Assembly (NCBI GenBank): GCA_949284445.1
Contig: CASDVP010000006.1
Coordinates: forward strand, 48,651-112,650
DNA: 64,000 bases
Direction: 5' to 3'
Source of the DNA: an uncultured Bacillota bacterium
GTDB lineage: Bacteria; Bacillota_I; Bacilli_A; RFN20; CAG-288
In this document: positions 30,680-39,905 of the stretch, piece by piece
Layout: each line of letters starts with the position of its first letter
How positions within the stretch are numbered: the stretch's first letter is position 1
Notes under the pieces: model-generated
The model's input: only the letters and a program-made list of their open reading frames with translations
What the model was told of the DNA's origin: nothing
Database searches by the model: none
Translations under genes and position numbers: made by a program

Positions 30680-32262
30680 TTGAGTTTTTTGCGATCGATC
30701 TTACCGATATCAGTTCTTGGCAAAGATTTCGAGACAACTATTTTTTCTGGGATCGAATATTTGATCAGACGTTCTTTTAAATATCTCTGTATTTTTGAAA
30801 TGAGCATTTCTTTATCAGTCATATCGCTTTCAACATAGAGAGTGAAATAAGGGTGCTTGTCATCTTTGTGATAGATTGCCGCACATGACTTGACGCCTTC
30901 TACTTCACCAGCTAATTTTTCAATATCAGCTGGGAAGATATTATATCCAGCTATTTTATAGACGTCTTTAGCTCGGTTGATGAAGAAGAGAAAACCTTCT
31001 TCATCCAAGTATCCGATATCTCCGGTTTTCAACCATTTATTATTTTCAGAGTCGTAATAAAAAGGCTGTTTATCTTCTTCAACATTTAAATAACCGAGGC
31101 ATAGAGATGGTGAGGAGATCAAAATTTCACCTGTCTGATTCGGCTTTAAACCTTCTTCGTAAGAGACTTCTGGATCGACGATTTTCACTTTCACACCTTT
31201 TAGCGGTTTACCGACAGAACCGATTTTATTCTCTTTTAAGGTGTTGACGAAATTGACTGTCGCTGTTTCAGTGAGTCCATATCCTTCTAATAGGCGATTG
31301 ATAGAAGAAGCTTCTTCCATGCGTTTGTTAAATTCGGAAAACAGACGGGTTTCAGGCTTATCTGCTCCGATATAAGTAGCGATCAGATTTCTTAGCTTTT
31401 TGCCTGAAAAAGCCTTTCTAGCTAGAAGTTTATCAGTCAGATAAGGAATGGTTAATAAGACGTTGATCTTATTCTGTCTTATCTTTCTAACGATTTCGTT
31501 TCCATCATAAGAGATCATGAGTGCGCTAGCAGCATTATTTGATAATGGTGCATGGATTCCCATCGCTAGGCCGAAGCCATGGAAGATCGGCATAAGACCG
31601 ATCATCGAAAAACCTTCTGTCTCATGACATAAGATATCTTTGGATTGGCGGGTGACAAAATTGATCGCTTCATCATTGATGATGACGATCTTGCTTTTAC
31701 CGGTGGTACCGCCTGAGCGCAAGTAGAGACTCGGTTTTAATCCATCCTCATTTACGACGACCTTATCATCGGATTTCATTTTATATAAATATTTATTTTT
31801 ATCGATTGAAGAGAGCTCTTTTTTATACATCAAGTGAAAACCGATGCGAACGATTGGATTTAAATCCGGAACGGCGCTTATATAATAAGTTTTAATCTTT
31901 GTTCTCTTGATGATATCGAGATATTTTATAGCTAAGACATCTAAAACAATAAAGTGTGTGGCCTTGGTTTCTATGATCGATTCATATAAAACTTCACTCG
32001 GTAATAGTGGATGTAAGATAGAAGCGATAGCACCGATTTTAGAGAGAGCATAAAGAGTGATGATGGTTTCTGGTACATTAGGAGCCAGCAAAGTGACCAC
32101 GGTGTCTTTTTTAATCCCTAAAGAATGTAAAATGCTCGCCATTTTATCGATTCGATTGATGAATTCTGGGAAACGAATGGTTTTATCACGGAAATAGAGG
32201 GCGACGGATTTGCTGTTTTTATAGCGTGCAACAGCTTGATATAAAGTGCTTGATTCTCTCAT
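30676..32262 (-). CDS. AMP-binding long-chain acyl-CoA synthetase family protein
   Basis: SGGTTGKSK, EGYGLTET, TGDIGYLD, R.KD, GKIDRK. Start ATG 32262 overlaps the upstream stop (ATGA). Confidence 0.9.
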   Translation of the reverse strand: MRESSTLYQAVARYKNSKSVALYFRDKTIRFPEFINRIDKMASILHSLGIKKDTVVTLLAPNVPETIITLYALSKIGAIASILHPLLPSEVLYESIIETKATHFIVLDVLAIKYLDIIKRTKIKTYYISAVPDLNPIVRIGFHLMYKKELSSIDKNKYLYKMKSDDKVVVNEDGLKPSLYLRSGGTTGKSKIVIINDEAINFVTRQSKDILCHETEGFSMIGLMPIFHGFGLAMGIHAPLSNNAASALMISYDGNEIVRKIRQNKINVLLTIPYLTDKLLARKAFSGKKLRNLIATYIGADKPETRLFSEFNKRMEEASSINRLLEGYGLTETATVNFVNTLKENKIGSVGKPLKGVKVKIVDPEVSYEEGLKPNQTGEILISSPSLCLGYLNVEEDKQPFYYDSENNKWLKTGDIGYLDEEGFLFFINRAKDVYKIAGYNIFPADIEKLAGEVEGVKSCAAIYHKDDKHPYFTLYVESDMTDKEMLISKIQRYLKERLIKYSIPEKIVVSKSLPRTDIGKIDRKKLN

Positions 32263-33167
32263 AAATTGAATCCCATTGATAAAGACATAATACCTAAAAT
32301 AATGATTATTATAGGCTGATGTAAAACATAAATCCAAATAGTATGGGAGCCTATGAAGCCGATCGGTTTTAAAACCAGTTGATATTTTCCTGGCTTTAAA
32401 TATGAATATCGATGTTCTCTAAACAAAGCTTGACCGATAGCGATGCCGATAAAAATGACACCTGCAAAGGGGAAGATCGGCCACCAATCGATATAATTCA
32501 GCGATTTTCCTAATGCGGAATAGATGAAATCAAGAAATGTGAATTCATGCTTCAGATCATTTCCTAAATAAGCTGAAGTTGTAGGCCAAGAGAGCAAATG
32601 ATTATTGATTTTTATGCCTTGTCTTAAAAGCAAACCGGTGAAGAGGATTAAGACGCCGAGAGCTAATGGGATCAAAGGATGAATTTCTTTTTTGAAAACT
32701 TTTTTAGCTATCAATTCTAATAACGCGTAGACAAGGATTGAAAAAGCCATGATGTGGATGATACCCCAAGGGATGAACAAGTCCATTTTAAGAAAGTGAG
32801 ATAGTCCATAGCTTCCTAGTGAGATCAAAGAAGCTACAAGACAGAGCAAGAGGCTTCGACGGATATTGCTCCTTGTCAAACTGGTAGAGATTCCGCAAGC
32901 GAAAAGAAACATGCCAGCGAATAAAGGCACTAGGTAATCATGGATGACATCATTAGACATGATGGAACTACAAAATTCGATCAGTGATGCTAATTGCGGA
33001 TGATTGACGATATTAGTTTGAAAATTAGAGAAGATATTCGGCAATTCTGTGAAATCATAACAGAGATGAAAGAGGACTACTAAAAAAATCGGAAATCCTC
33101 TCAGCAAGTCGACTTCTAAGATACGCGATTTTTTAATCTTCTTTTTAGTGACTGTTAAGCTTTTCAT
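32259..33167 (-). CDS. DUF1624 / heparan-alpha-glucosaminide N-acetyltransferase-like membrane protein
   Basis: RILEVDLLRGF..LVVLFH, PLF..MFLFACGIS, WWPIFP, GSHTIWIYVLHQP. Confidence 0.85.
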   Translation of the reverse strand: MKSLTVTKKKIKKSRILEVDLLRGFPIFLVVLFHLCYDFTELPNIFSNFQTNIVNHPQLASLIEFCSSIMSNDVIHDYLVPLFAGMFLFACGISTSLTRSNIRRSLLLCLVASLISLGSYGLSHFLKMDLFIPWGIIHIMAFSILVYALLELIAKKVFKKEIHPLIPLALGVLILFTGLLLRQGIKINNHLLSWPTTSAYLGNDLKHEFTFLDFIYSALGKSLNYIDWWPIFPFAGVIFIGIAIGQALFREHRYSYLKPGKYQLVLKPIGFIGSHTIWIYVLHQPIIIIILGIMSLSMGFNL

Positions 33168-33174
33168 CTAGGGG

Positions 33175-33183
33175 ATTATATCA
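33175..33183 (-). promoter_or_regulatory. extended -10 promoter giving a probable leaderless mRNA
   Basis: TGATATAAT, then 7 nt, then ATG 33167; no SD. Confidence 0.65.
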
Positions 33184-33416
33184 CTTCAAATCAAAATTTA
33201 GGTAAAAAAGAAGTGAAAATGCTACCGCTGTACCGCTTTTTTCTACTTAAAATGAACATAGAAGGCGCTATCATCATGCCTACTTGAATAAAAAAATAAA
33301 GTTGTTTCTTAAAAAAGAATAGTCATTACTTGTTAAATATTTTTATTAATTATTGTATTAAAATAAGTAGCAAGTTATAATTTAATGCGGTAGTAATGTG
33401 AAAGGTTAATAATATC

Positions 33417-34889
33417 TTGGCTAGATTATTTGATAGAATTCCGGGAGATCTCTTCTCTCCACTCGCAAGAAAATATAAAGCGATTTATGCTTTCGCTTTA
33501 GTGTGCTTATATCATTGCATAAAATTGTATAAAACAGATATCAAAAGGAGCGATTTCGCTTCACTTTTAAGAAGTCAAGGCGAAGAGCTGATGGCTCTAT
33601 TCAATATAGATACAGATAAACTTGACGATAAAGATGAAAGCGAAGAAGTGACTGTTGATGATGCGGATAACGAATTGAACCAAAAGGTTTCCTATATCAT
33701 CCGTAAATTAGCTAACTGCGGTTGGTTCATCATCTCGAAAGATCCGAAAAAAAACAATGTCGAATATATTTATATACCGGCTTATTCGATTCAGATTTTG
33801 AAGATTTTAGATGAGATCACTTCTGATATCGGTTCTTATTTACCTTTAGTCCATCAGACCTATGCGGAATTGAAGATGGAAGATGAGAAAGAAGACGATT
33901 ACATGTATCGTTCTTTAATGAACGCGAGAACCAATGCAGATACGATTGAAATGTCAGTCACCCTATTAAGACAACAGATCTGTGTCTTCGGAAATCGTTT
34001 GACTTCAGTTTTAGATCCGAATGTCGCTTTAAAACAACACTTTGATGAATATCGTATCTCAATCTCTGATAAATACTATCACCCGATGAAAACCTTTGAT
34101 TCTTTAGGTCTTTATTCATTGCCGACGATCACGATACTTAACCGCTGGTTAAAGAGCGAAAGAATCATCTCTTTATTAGTCAAAGAGGCTAAAGCAGAGC
34201 CTCTCAATCAAAAGAAGGAAGAAGCGACTTTAGCTAGTGAGATCATCAAGACCATTCAAGAGATCATCGATATTTTCTCACGTCTCACCACCGCCTTTAA
34301 TGATATCGATGTCGCTAATGCAAACTATACTGAAGCTGTTCAAAGAAAGATCAATTATCTCTCAGCTTCTGATAAGACTACTAAAGGTAAGATCGATGCC
34401 ATCATCTTAGCGATGGCTAATGAGATTAAAAATAATCCAGCTCTGAGATACGAGGAGATGCCTATTTTAAATCGCGCCCATGAAACTTTGATCTTGAATA
34501 GACAAGGCTTCTTCGATTCGCAATCTTTGACGATGCCGTTTAAACGAAATCAAGCTGAAGAAGGCGAATTTTTGCCTTTGGATGATGAGTTCTACCCGGA
34601 AGAGCAGAGCGCGATTATGGATGAATTCATGAACAGACAGTTAACACGTTTTTCAGATTCAGCCATTTTAGAGTTTTTATCTTCCAATATGAATGGTAAA
34701 GATGAACTAGTCAATACTGATGTCGATCTGACAATACTAGATAATCTGGTTCTGTGGATCTTAGCTGTCATCAAAGCTAATTTAGGTGTTATACCTTATG
34801 AAGCTACTAAGCTCTCTGATCGCATCGAATATGCGAATTATTATATGCCGTTATATAAATTTACAAGAAAAAAGAATAATAAGAGGTAA
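33417..34889 (+). CDS. jetA: Wadjet JetA / MksF-like kleisin (DUF5716-like)
   Basis: N-terminal LFDRIPGDLFSPLA..Y..IYA..L pattern, GWF winged-helix segment; first gene before JetB/JetC. TTG start after AAAGG. Confidence 0.8.
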   Translation: MARLFDRIPGDLFSPLARKYKAIYAFALVCLYHCIKLYKTDIKRSDFASLLRSQGEELMALFNIDTDKLDDKDESEEVTVDDADNELNQKVSYIIRKLANCGWFIISKDPKKNNVEYIYIPAYSIQILKILDEITSDIGSYLPLVHQTYAELKMEDEKEDDYMYRSLMNARTNADTIEMSVTLLRQQICVFGNRLTSVLDPNVALKQHFDEYRISISDKYYHPMKTFDSLGLYSLPTITILNRWLKSERIISLLVKEAKAEPLNQKKEEATLASEIIKTIQEIIDIFSRLTTAFNDIDVANANYTEAVQRKINYLSASDKTTKGKIDAIILAMANEIKNNPALRYEEMPILNRAHETLILNRQGFFDSQSLTMPFKRNQAEEGEFLPLDDEFYPEEQSAIMDEFMNRQLTRFSDSAILEFLSSNMNGKDELVNTDVDLTILDNLVLWILAVIKANLGVIPYEATKLSDRIEYANYYMPLYKFTRKKNNKR

Positions 34890-34894
34890 CGAAG

Positions 34895-35641
34895 ATGTTT
34901 CAAGAAGAATATGATAAATTGACACGTGGAGAAAAGAGTCAGTTTTCTGAAGCGATCAACGAACTTCTCTACAAAGAGTTTATTTTAAGAAAAGCTTATG
35001 ATCGCAAAAGCCAGATGTTTAAAGCTGATCCGACCTATTTGTTCATCGAAAGACATTTTTCTTTGGTTGAAGAATACCTGTCATTCATCGATGTGACTCT
35101 GACTAAAGATGAAGATGACGGCGTCATTTTTATCGTCTCTGATATCGAGATGAATCATCTCCGTTTAGATATCGTCACCACTTTATTAGTCTATGCGCTT
35201 CGCTCTTTCTATGAATCAGCGATCAGCAAAGATCCGCAGGAAAGAAATGTTTTGATGAGTTCGAGCAATCTGATGTCTTTATTACAAGAGAGCGGCTTGT
35301 CTAATATCTCTAAGCGTTTGTCATTAGCGACGATCGCTTCTTCTTTGAGAACTCTTGATTCATTTAATATCATCACTAGATATAGCAATACATATGGTGA
35401 TCCGTCATATAAGTTTTACATTCTTCCGACGATCCGTTATGTCATCTCCACTGAAAAGATGAACGATCTCTATTCCTTCCTCACTCAGAAACCAGAAGAG
35501 AGCAATTCATCGATGCTTTATAACACTTTTAATGCTCCTAAGGAAGAAGAGGTTCAAAGCGATAGTGATGATGTCGCAACACCTGTGGAAACAAAGATGG
35601 GAGTGGACATCCCTGTCGATTTCAATGAGGGAGAAAAATAA
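34895..35641 (+). CDS. jetB: Wadjet JetB / MksE-like KITE (DUF4194-like)
   Basis: Size, position and motifs (Y.FIERHFSLVEEYLSFI, TLLVYALR.FYE, LRTLDSFNII). Confidence 0.82.
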   Translation: MFQEEYDKLTRGEKSQFSEAINELLYKEFILRKAYDRKSQMFKADPTYLFIERHFSLVEEYLSFIDVTLTKDEDDGVIFIVSDIEMNHLRLDIVTTLLVYALRSFYESAISKDPQERNVLMSSSNLMSLLQESGLSNISKRLSLATIASSLRTLDSFNIITRYSNTYGDPSYKFYILPTIRYVISTEKMNDLYSFLTQKPEESNSSMLYNTFNAPKEEEVQSDSDDVATPVETKMGVDIPVDFNEGEK

Positions 35642-35643
35642 TT

Positions 35644-38600
35644 ATGAAAAATCTTGTTAAACTCCGCTTGATCAATTGGCATTACTTCACCAACACCACT
35701 TGTGATATCAAAAATATCACCTATTTAACCGGTCCTAACGGCACTGGTAAATCAACCATCATTGATGCTTTACAGATTTTGATTTTAGGTTCGACAAGAC
35801 CTGAAAATTTCAATAAAGCCGCGAATGAAAAAGCCCGTTCAGGACGTACTTTGATCTCTTATTTAAGAGGTCAAACCGGTGTCACCGGTGATGGTCAAGT
35901 CATCAATTTGAGAAAAGGTAATTTCACATCCTATATCGCGATTGAAATCTATGATGATGTCGAAGATAAGACTTTTACTTTAGGCGTTGTTTTTGATGTC
36001 GATAGCTCTGATCAGATCGATAAACATTATTTTTACATAGCTTCGCCATTCTTAGAAAACAATTTTACTAATTCTGAGATGGAAAAAGATTCTAATCGCA
36101 TCAAACCCCTTCAATACAAGGAATTGTCTAGCTATGTGAGATCTAACTTTAAGCCTTCTCAGTATCGTTTCTTTGATACTGATACCGATTATAAAGGCTT
36201 CATCAAAGAAGCATATGGCAACTTGCCTGATAAGTATTTTGAACTTTTCAAAAAAGCGGTCTCTTTCGCTCCTATCTCTGATATCTCTTCCTTTATCACC
36301 GAATACATCTGCGATGTCGATAAACAGATCAACATCGAGCCGATGCAAAAGAACATCGAACAATATAAGATTTTGGAATTAGAAGCTAAACGCTTGAGAA
36401 ATAAAGTCGATAGCTTGAATAAGATCTCAGAAGTCTTCAATTCTTATCAAACCCATCAGCGCTATCTGAACACGCTCAATTATGTCAACACCAGAGTCAG
36501 CTATGAGGAAGCCAAAAAGAGATTAGATGACTTCATGGAGAAGTTAAAGAAAGATAATGATCGTTTATCATATATCTCTAATCAATTATTGGTCTGTGAT
36601 TCTCAGATCGCTGAGCTGAACGCTGACTTAGAATCTTATAACGCTAAAAAAGTTCAATCCAAAAATTATTCCTTGACCGAACGTTTATCGATGAAGAAAG
36701 ATACCATCACTTCTAAGATCACTTCGATTCAGATGTCAGCCTCACAAGTCATGACTAAACTGAATAATTATGTTCATGATTATCAGAGCGCCTGCCAAAA
36801 CTTTTATACATATTATTCCCAATTCGATAGTTCACGTCTAGGAAAAAATATCAAAGGTGCTTTCGATGAGCTGTTAGAACTCTGTCAAGATATCACCAGT
36901 GAAGCGACTTCTCTCATTCAAAGCATCGATGATGATAGCGTCGATTTTGAAGCCATCAAAGTCTTTAGAAATGATATGGATCTGTTGAGAAATCAAGCCA
37001 TCTCTTTAAGACAACAATTGAATAATGAACTCTATGTCATATCTGAAGAATTACAGCAATTACAATCGGATCTATCTGCAGTCAATTCTGGAAGAAAACC
37101 ATTTGATAAATTAGGTCCTAATTACATGGCGATCAAATCATCTTTAGAAAGAGCCTTACAAGATCGTCATAGCGATGCATATGTCAATATCTATTGCGAT
37201 CTAGTCGATGTCAACGATCCGGAATGGACTTTAGCCTTAGAAGCCGTGCTTTTTAATCAAAAGTTCAATTTCTTTGTCAATCCTAAGTATTATGAGGAAG
37301 CTAATCGCATCTTGAAAGAATTAGCGGATGAATATAACTATTATCGTGTGTCTTTAGTCGATACCGATCGCCTTTTAGCTAATCATATAACTGCTAATGA
37401 AGATTCTATCGCTGAACTCATCACCACCTCTGATTCCGGTGCGAGAGCCTATACTGATTATCTTTTAGGTCGCATCAAAAAGTGCCGATCTTTTGAAGAA
37501 GCCCGCGCTTCAGGGTCTGGTCTTTTATCTGATTGCACCGGTTATCGCGGATATGCGACTTGGTATCTGAATAAGGCTCATGCGAGAGTGTTCTATCTCG
37601 GAACTCAAGTCTCTTCTTCTACCAAAGCTATTTCTGCTAAAGATTATCAAGATATGCAGGCTAAATATAATCTGTTCACCGAAGCTTTGAACAAGCTTCA
37701 AAACCTCTTAGCTCTGCCGGTTATGTCTGAGGCTGAATGTCAAAGCTATCAAGCTGATATCGATAAGACTTCTGAGATCAGAAATCTTCAGAACGATCTT
37801 TCCAATGTCGATTCTCAGATGCATGATGCGGCTTTAGGAGACATGAATGAACTCGATAAAAAGATCTCTGCTATCAAAGAAGATATCGCTTCGATCGAAA
37901 AAGAACGCGCAGACTTATTGACAGAGAGAGGTTCTTTGCTCAACGAAGTCAATCGTTTAAACAGTGAAGAGATCCCCTTAGCGACTTCCTCAGTCGAAAA
38001 CTTTAGAGCTTCATTGAACAACTTTGATCCTCAGCTTTCAAATCACGATTACGAGCCGTATTTCAATATGTTGATCGATGAGCAGCACATGACCTTAGCT
38101 CAGATCAGAAATGCAGCTACTAAAGAATATATTCAAACTTCTAATAAGCAGAAATATGAAAGGGAGAATCTCATCCGTTTGCGTTCTGATTATTGCGCAG
38201 CTCATAAACTTGGCTATGCGACAACCAATTTAGACACTAACGATGAATTCGATGCTGAATTAAAGAATATTTCGACGGTCATGCTTCCTGATTACGAGGA
38301 AAAGATCAAAAAAGCACATGATGATTCCATCAAAGAATTCAAAGATGATTTCGTCTATAAACTCCGCACTTCAATCGAGACAGTCTATCAACAGATCGAG
38401 GAGCTCAATCAGGCTTTAGTCGATTCTCACTTCGGACGTGATACCTATCAATTTAAAGTCTCTCCTTCCAAAGATTATCTTGAATACTACAATATGATCA
38501 TGGATCCTCTGCTTTTGAAAGCTGGTGATGCTGAAAGCTTATTCATGGAAAAATATCGCTCCACTATGGATGATCTCTTCAATCTGATCTCTTCTTCCAC

Positions 38601-39111
38601 TAGCGCTTCTGGCGAACAATTAGAACAGATCACTAAGAACATCGACACTTTCACCAGATACACGACTTATATCGTCTTCGATCTCTTCGTCTATCGTGGA
38701 ACTGATAGCGTCGCTCAACCGATCTCTTTAGGACGTTCATTCAGATCGCAATCCGGTGGTGAGACTCAGACTCCTTTCTATATCGCTATCTTAGCTTCCT
38801 TCTCAGCTTTATGCCGTGCTAAAAATAGCAAGGATAACAACACCTTAAGACTAGTCATCTTTGATGAAGCTTTCTCAAAAATGGATGCTGCTAGAATCAA
38901 AGAATCCGCTAACCTTTTAAGAAGCTTTGGCTTACAGGCTATCATCTCTTCACCTAGTGAAAAACTAGCTGAATTAGTCAGTTATGTAGATCTGATCTTA
39001 GTCGCTAACCACAATGATAAACGTAAGCATTCAAGCGTCGATGTATATGAAGAAAAGAAGAAAAAGGTGAGCGTTGAAGAATTCGTCGAAAATAAAGCTC
39101 TTAAAGAATGA
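35644..39111 (+). CDS. jetC: Wadjet JetC / MksB SMC-family ATPase
   Basis: LINWHYF, Walker A TGPNGTGKSTIIDALQ, long coiled coils, signature SGGETQTPFY, Walker B/D-loop LVIFDEAFSKMD. Confidence 0.92.
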   Translation: MKNLVKLRLINWHYFTNTTCDIKNITYLTGPNGTGKSTIIDALQILILGSTRPENFNKAANEKARSGRTLISYLRGQTGVTGDGQVINLRKGNFTSYIAIEIYDDVEDKTFTLGVVFDVDSSDQIDKHYFYIASPFLENNFTNSEMEKDSNRIKPLQYKELSSYVRSNFKPSQYRFFDTDTDYKGFIKEAYGNLPDKYFELFKKAVSFAPISDISSFITEYICDVDKQINIEPMQKNIEQYKILELEAKRLRNKVDSLNKISEVFNSYQTHQRYLNTLNYVNTRVSYEEAKKRLDDFMEKLKKDNDRLSYISNQLLVCDSQIAELNADLESYNAKKVQSKNYSLTERLSMKKDTITSKITSIQMSASQVMTKLNNYVHDYQSACQNFYTYYSQFDSSRLGKNIKGAFDELLELCQDITSEATSLIQSIDDDSVDFEAIKVFRNDMDLLRNQAISLRQQLNNELYVISEELQQLQSDLSAVNSGRKPFDKLGPNYMAIKSSLERALQDRHSDAYVNIYCDLVDVNDPEWTLALEAVLFNQKFNFFVNPKYYEEANRILKELADEYNYYRVSLVDTDRLLANHITANEDSIAELITTSDSGARAYTDYLLGRIKKCRSFEEARASGSGLLSDCTGYRGYATWYLNKAHARVFYLGTQVSSSTKAISAKDYQDMQAKYNLFTEALNKLQNLLALPVMSEAECQSYQADIDKTSEIRNLQNDLSNVDSQMHDAALGDMNELDKKISAIKEDIASIEKERADLLTERGSLLNEVNRLNSEEIPLATSSVENFRASLNNFDPQLSNHDYEPYFNMLIDEQHMTLAQIRNAATKEYIQTSNKQKYERENLIRLRSDYCAAHKLGYATTNLDTNDEFDAELKNISTVMLPDYEEKIKKAHDDSIKEFKDDFVYKLRTSIETVYQQIEELNQALVDSHFGRDTYQFKVSPSKDYLEYYNMIMDPLLLKAGDAESLFMEKYRSTMDDLFNLISSSTSASGEQLEQITKNIDTFTRYTTYIVFDLFVYRGTDSVAQPISLGRSFRSQSGGETQTPFYIAILASFSALCRAKNSKDNNTLRLVIFDEAFSKMDAARIKESANLLRSFGLQAIISSPSEKLAELVSYVDLILVANHNDKRKHSSVDVYEEKKKKVSVEEFVENKALKE

Positions 39112-39121
39112 AATATGAGAT

Positions 39122-39150
39122 AAGGACTGCATCAATTAGCAGTCTTTTTT
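39122..39150 (+). terminator. intrinsic terminator closing jetABC
   Basis: AAGGACTGC-N8-GCAGTCTTTTTT starting 11 nt after the jetC stop. Confidence 0.85.
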
Positions 39151-39305
39151 GATGCGTAATAATAAAAGATTAGTATTTCTATCTAAGCTTGACTCTTTCT
39201 TATGAAGTCATCAAGGATGACAAATAGCAAAAATAAACAGATTTGATTTATAGTATTGTAAAATGTCGTGACTTATAGAAAAATGTGCAAAAAATCTAGA
39301 CATAT

Positions 39306-39342
39306 ATCATTAAATGTAATAAAATGCACTGCATTTAATGAT
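39306..39342. promoter_or_regulatory. 11-bp inverted repeat, candidate operator
   Basis: ATCATTAAATG-N15-CATTTAATGAT upstream of -10 TATAAT (39374-39379). Confidence 0.45.
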
Positions 39343-39460
39343 TTAATGATTAATTCTTTTGTTAAAGACATATTATAATATTTTTTAGTCACAAAGATTT
39401 AAAACTTTATTCGTCAGAAAAAATTTTACGTCTTTGTCATCTTAATCATAGGAGGGGAAA

Positions 39461-39892
39461 ATGAAGTCTATTTTAGAGCGCTTTAAAAAATGTAATGTTG
39501 GCGCTTACTTCGTCTTTTTTACGATGCTTTGCTCACTGCTCTCTTTCATCTTTTGTCTCGTCGGTATCGCTTCCGGTTATCAATCTTGGCTCACCTTTGT
39601 CTGCTTTATTTTGATTTTAGTCGCTGATGTTGTTTTGTTCGTTTTTAACAAGCTAGAATTCGCACCAGCTGTCAACGCTATTCTTTCAGCTTTAGGAATC
39701 GGATTCTTCATCTATGCTGGCTATAACTATGTGGCTACCGTTATCACTGGTATCGATATTGAAAATTTTTCAGCTGATTTTATCCTTTCTTGTGTCTTTT
39801 ATGTTTTGGCTTATGCTTCTAGTGTCGCTTCTATCTTTTTACCATTATATAAGAAGACTCAAACTGAAAGCACAGATAAGGTAACTGAATAG
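39461..39892 (+). CDS. uncharacterised 4-TM protein preceding GH3 (paralogue of 51207..51674)
   Basis: SD AGGAGG; four TM helices; shared motifs with the 155-aa paralogue. Confidence 0.8.
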   Translation: MKSILERFKKCNVGAYFVFFTMLCSLLSFIFCLVGIASGYQSWLTFVCFILILVADVVLFVFNKLEFAPAVNAILSALGIGFFIYAGYNYVATVITGIDIENFSADFILSCVFYVLAYASSVASIFLPLYKKTQTESTDKVTE

Positions 39893-39905
39893 GAGTTAAT
39901 CATTT

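Noticed and set aside
39385-39445. ACAAAGAT...GTCTTTGT stem in the 5' UTR of the first GH3 module as a riboswitch
   Set aside because: No match to c-di-GMP, preQ1 or other consensus I recognise; a single short stem.
39112-39892. A hidden jetD downstream of jetC
   Set aside because: A terminator follows jetC directly, the 349-bp gap has no ORF, and the next gene is a 4-TM protein with no Toprim motif.
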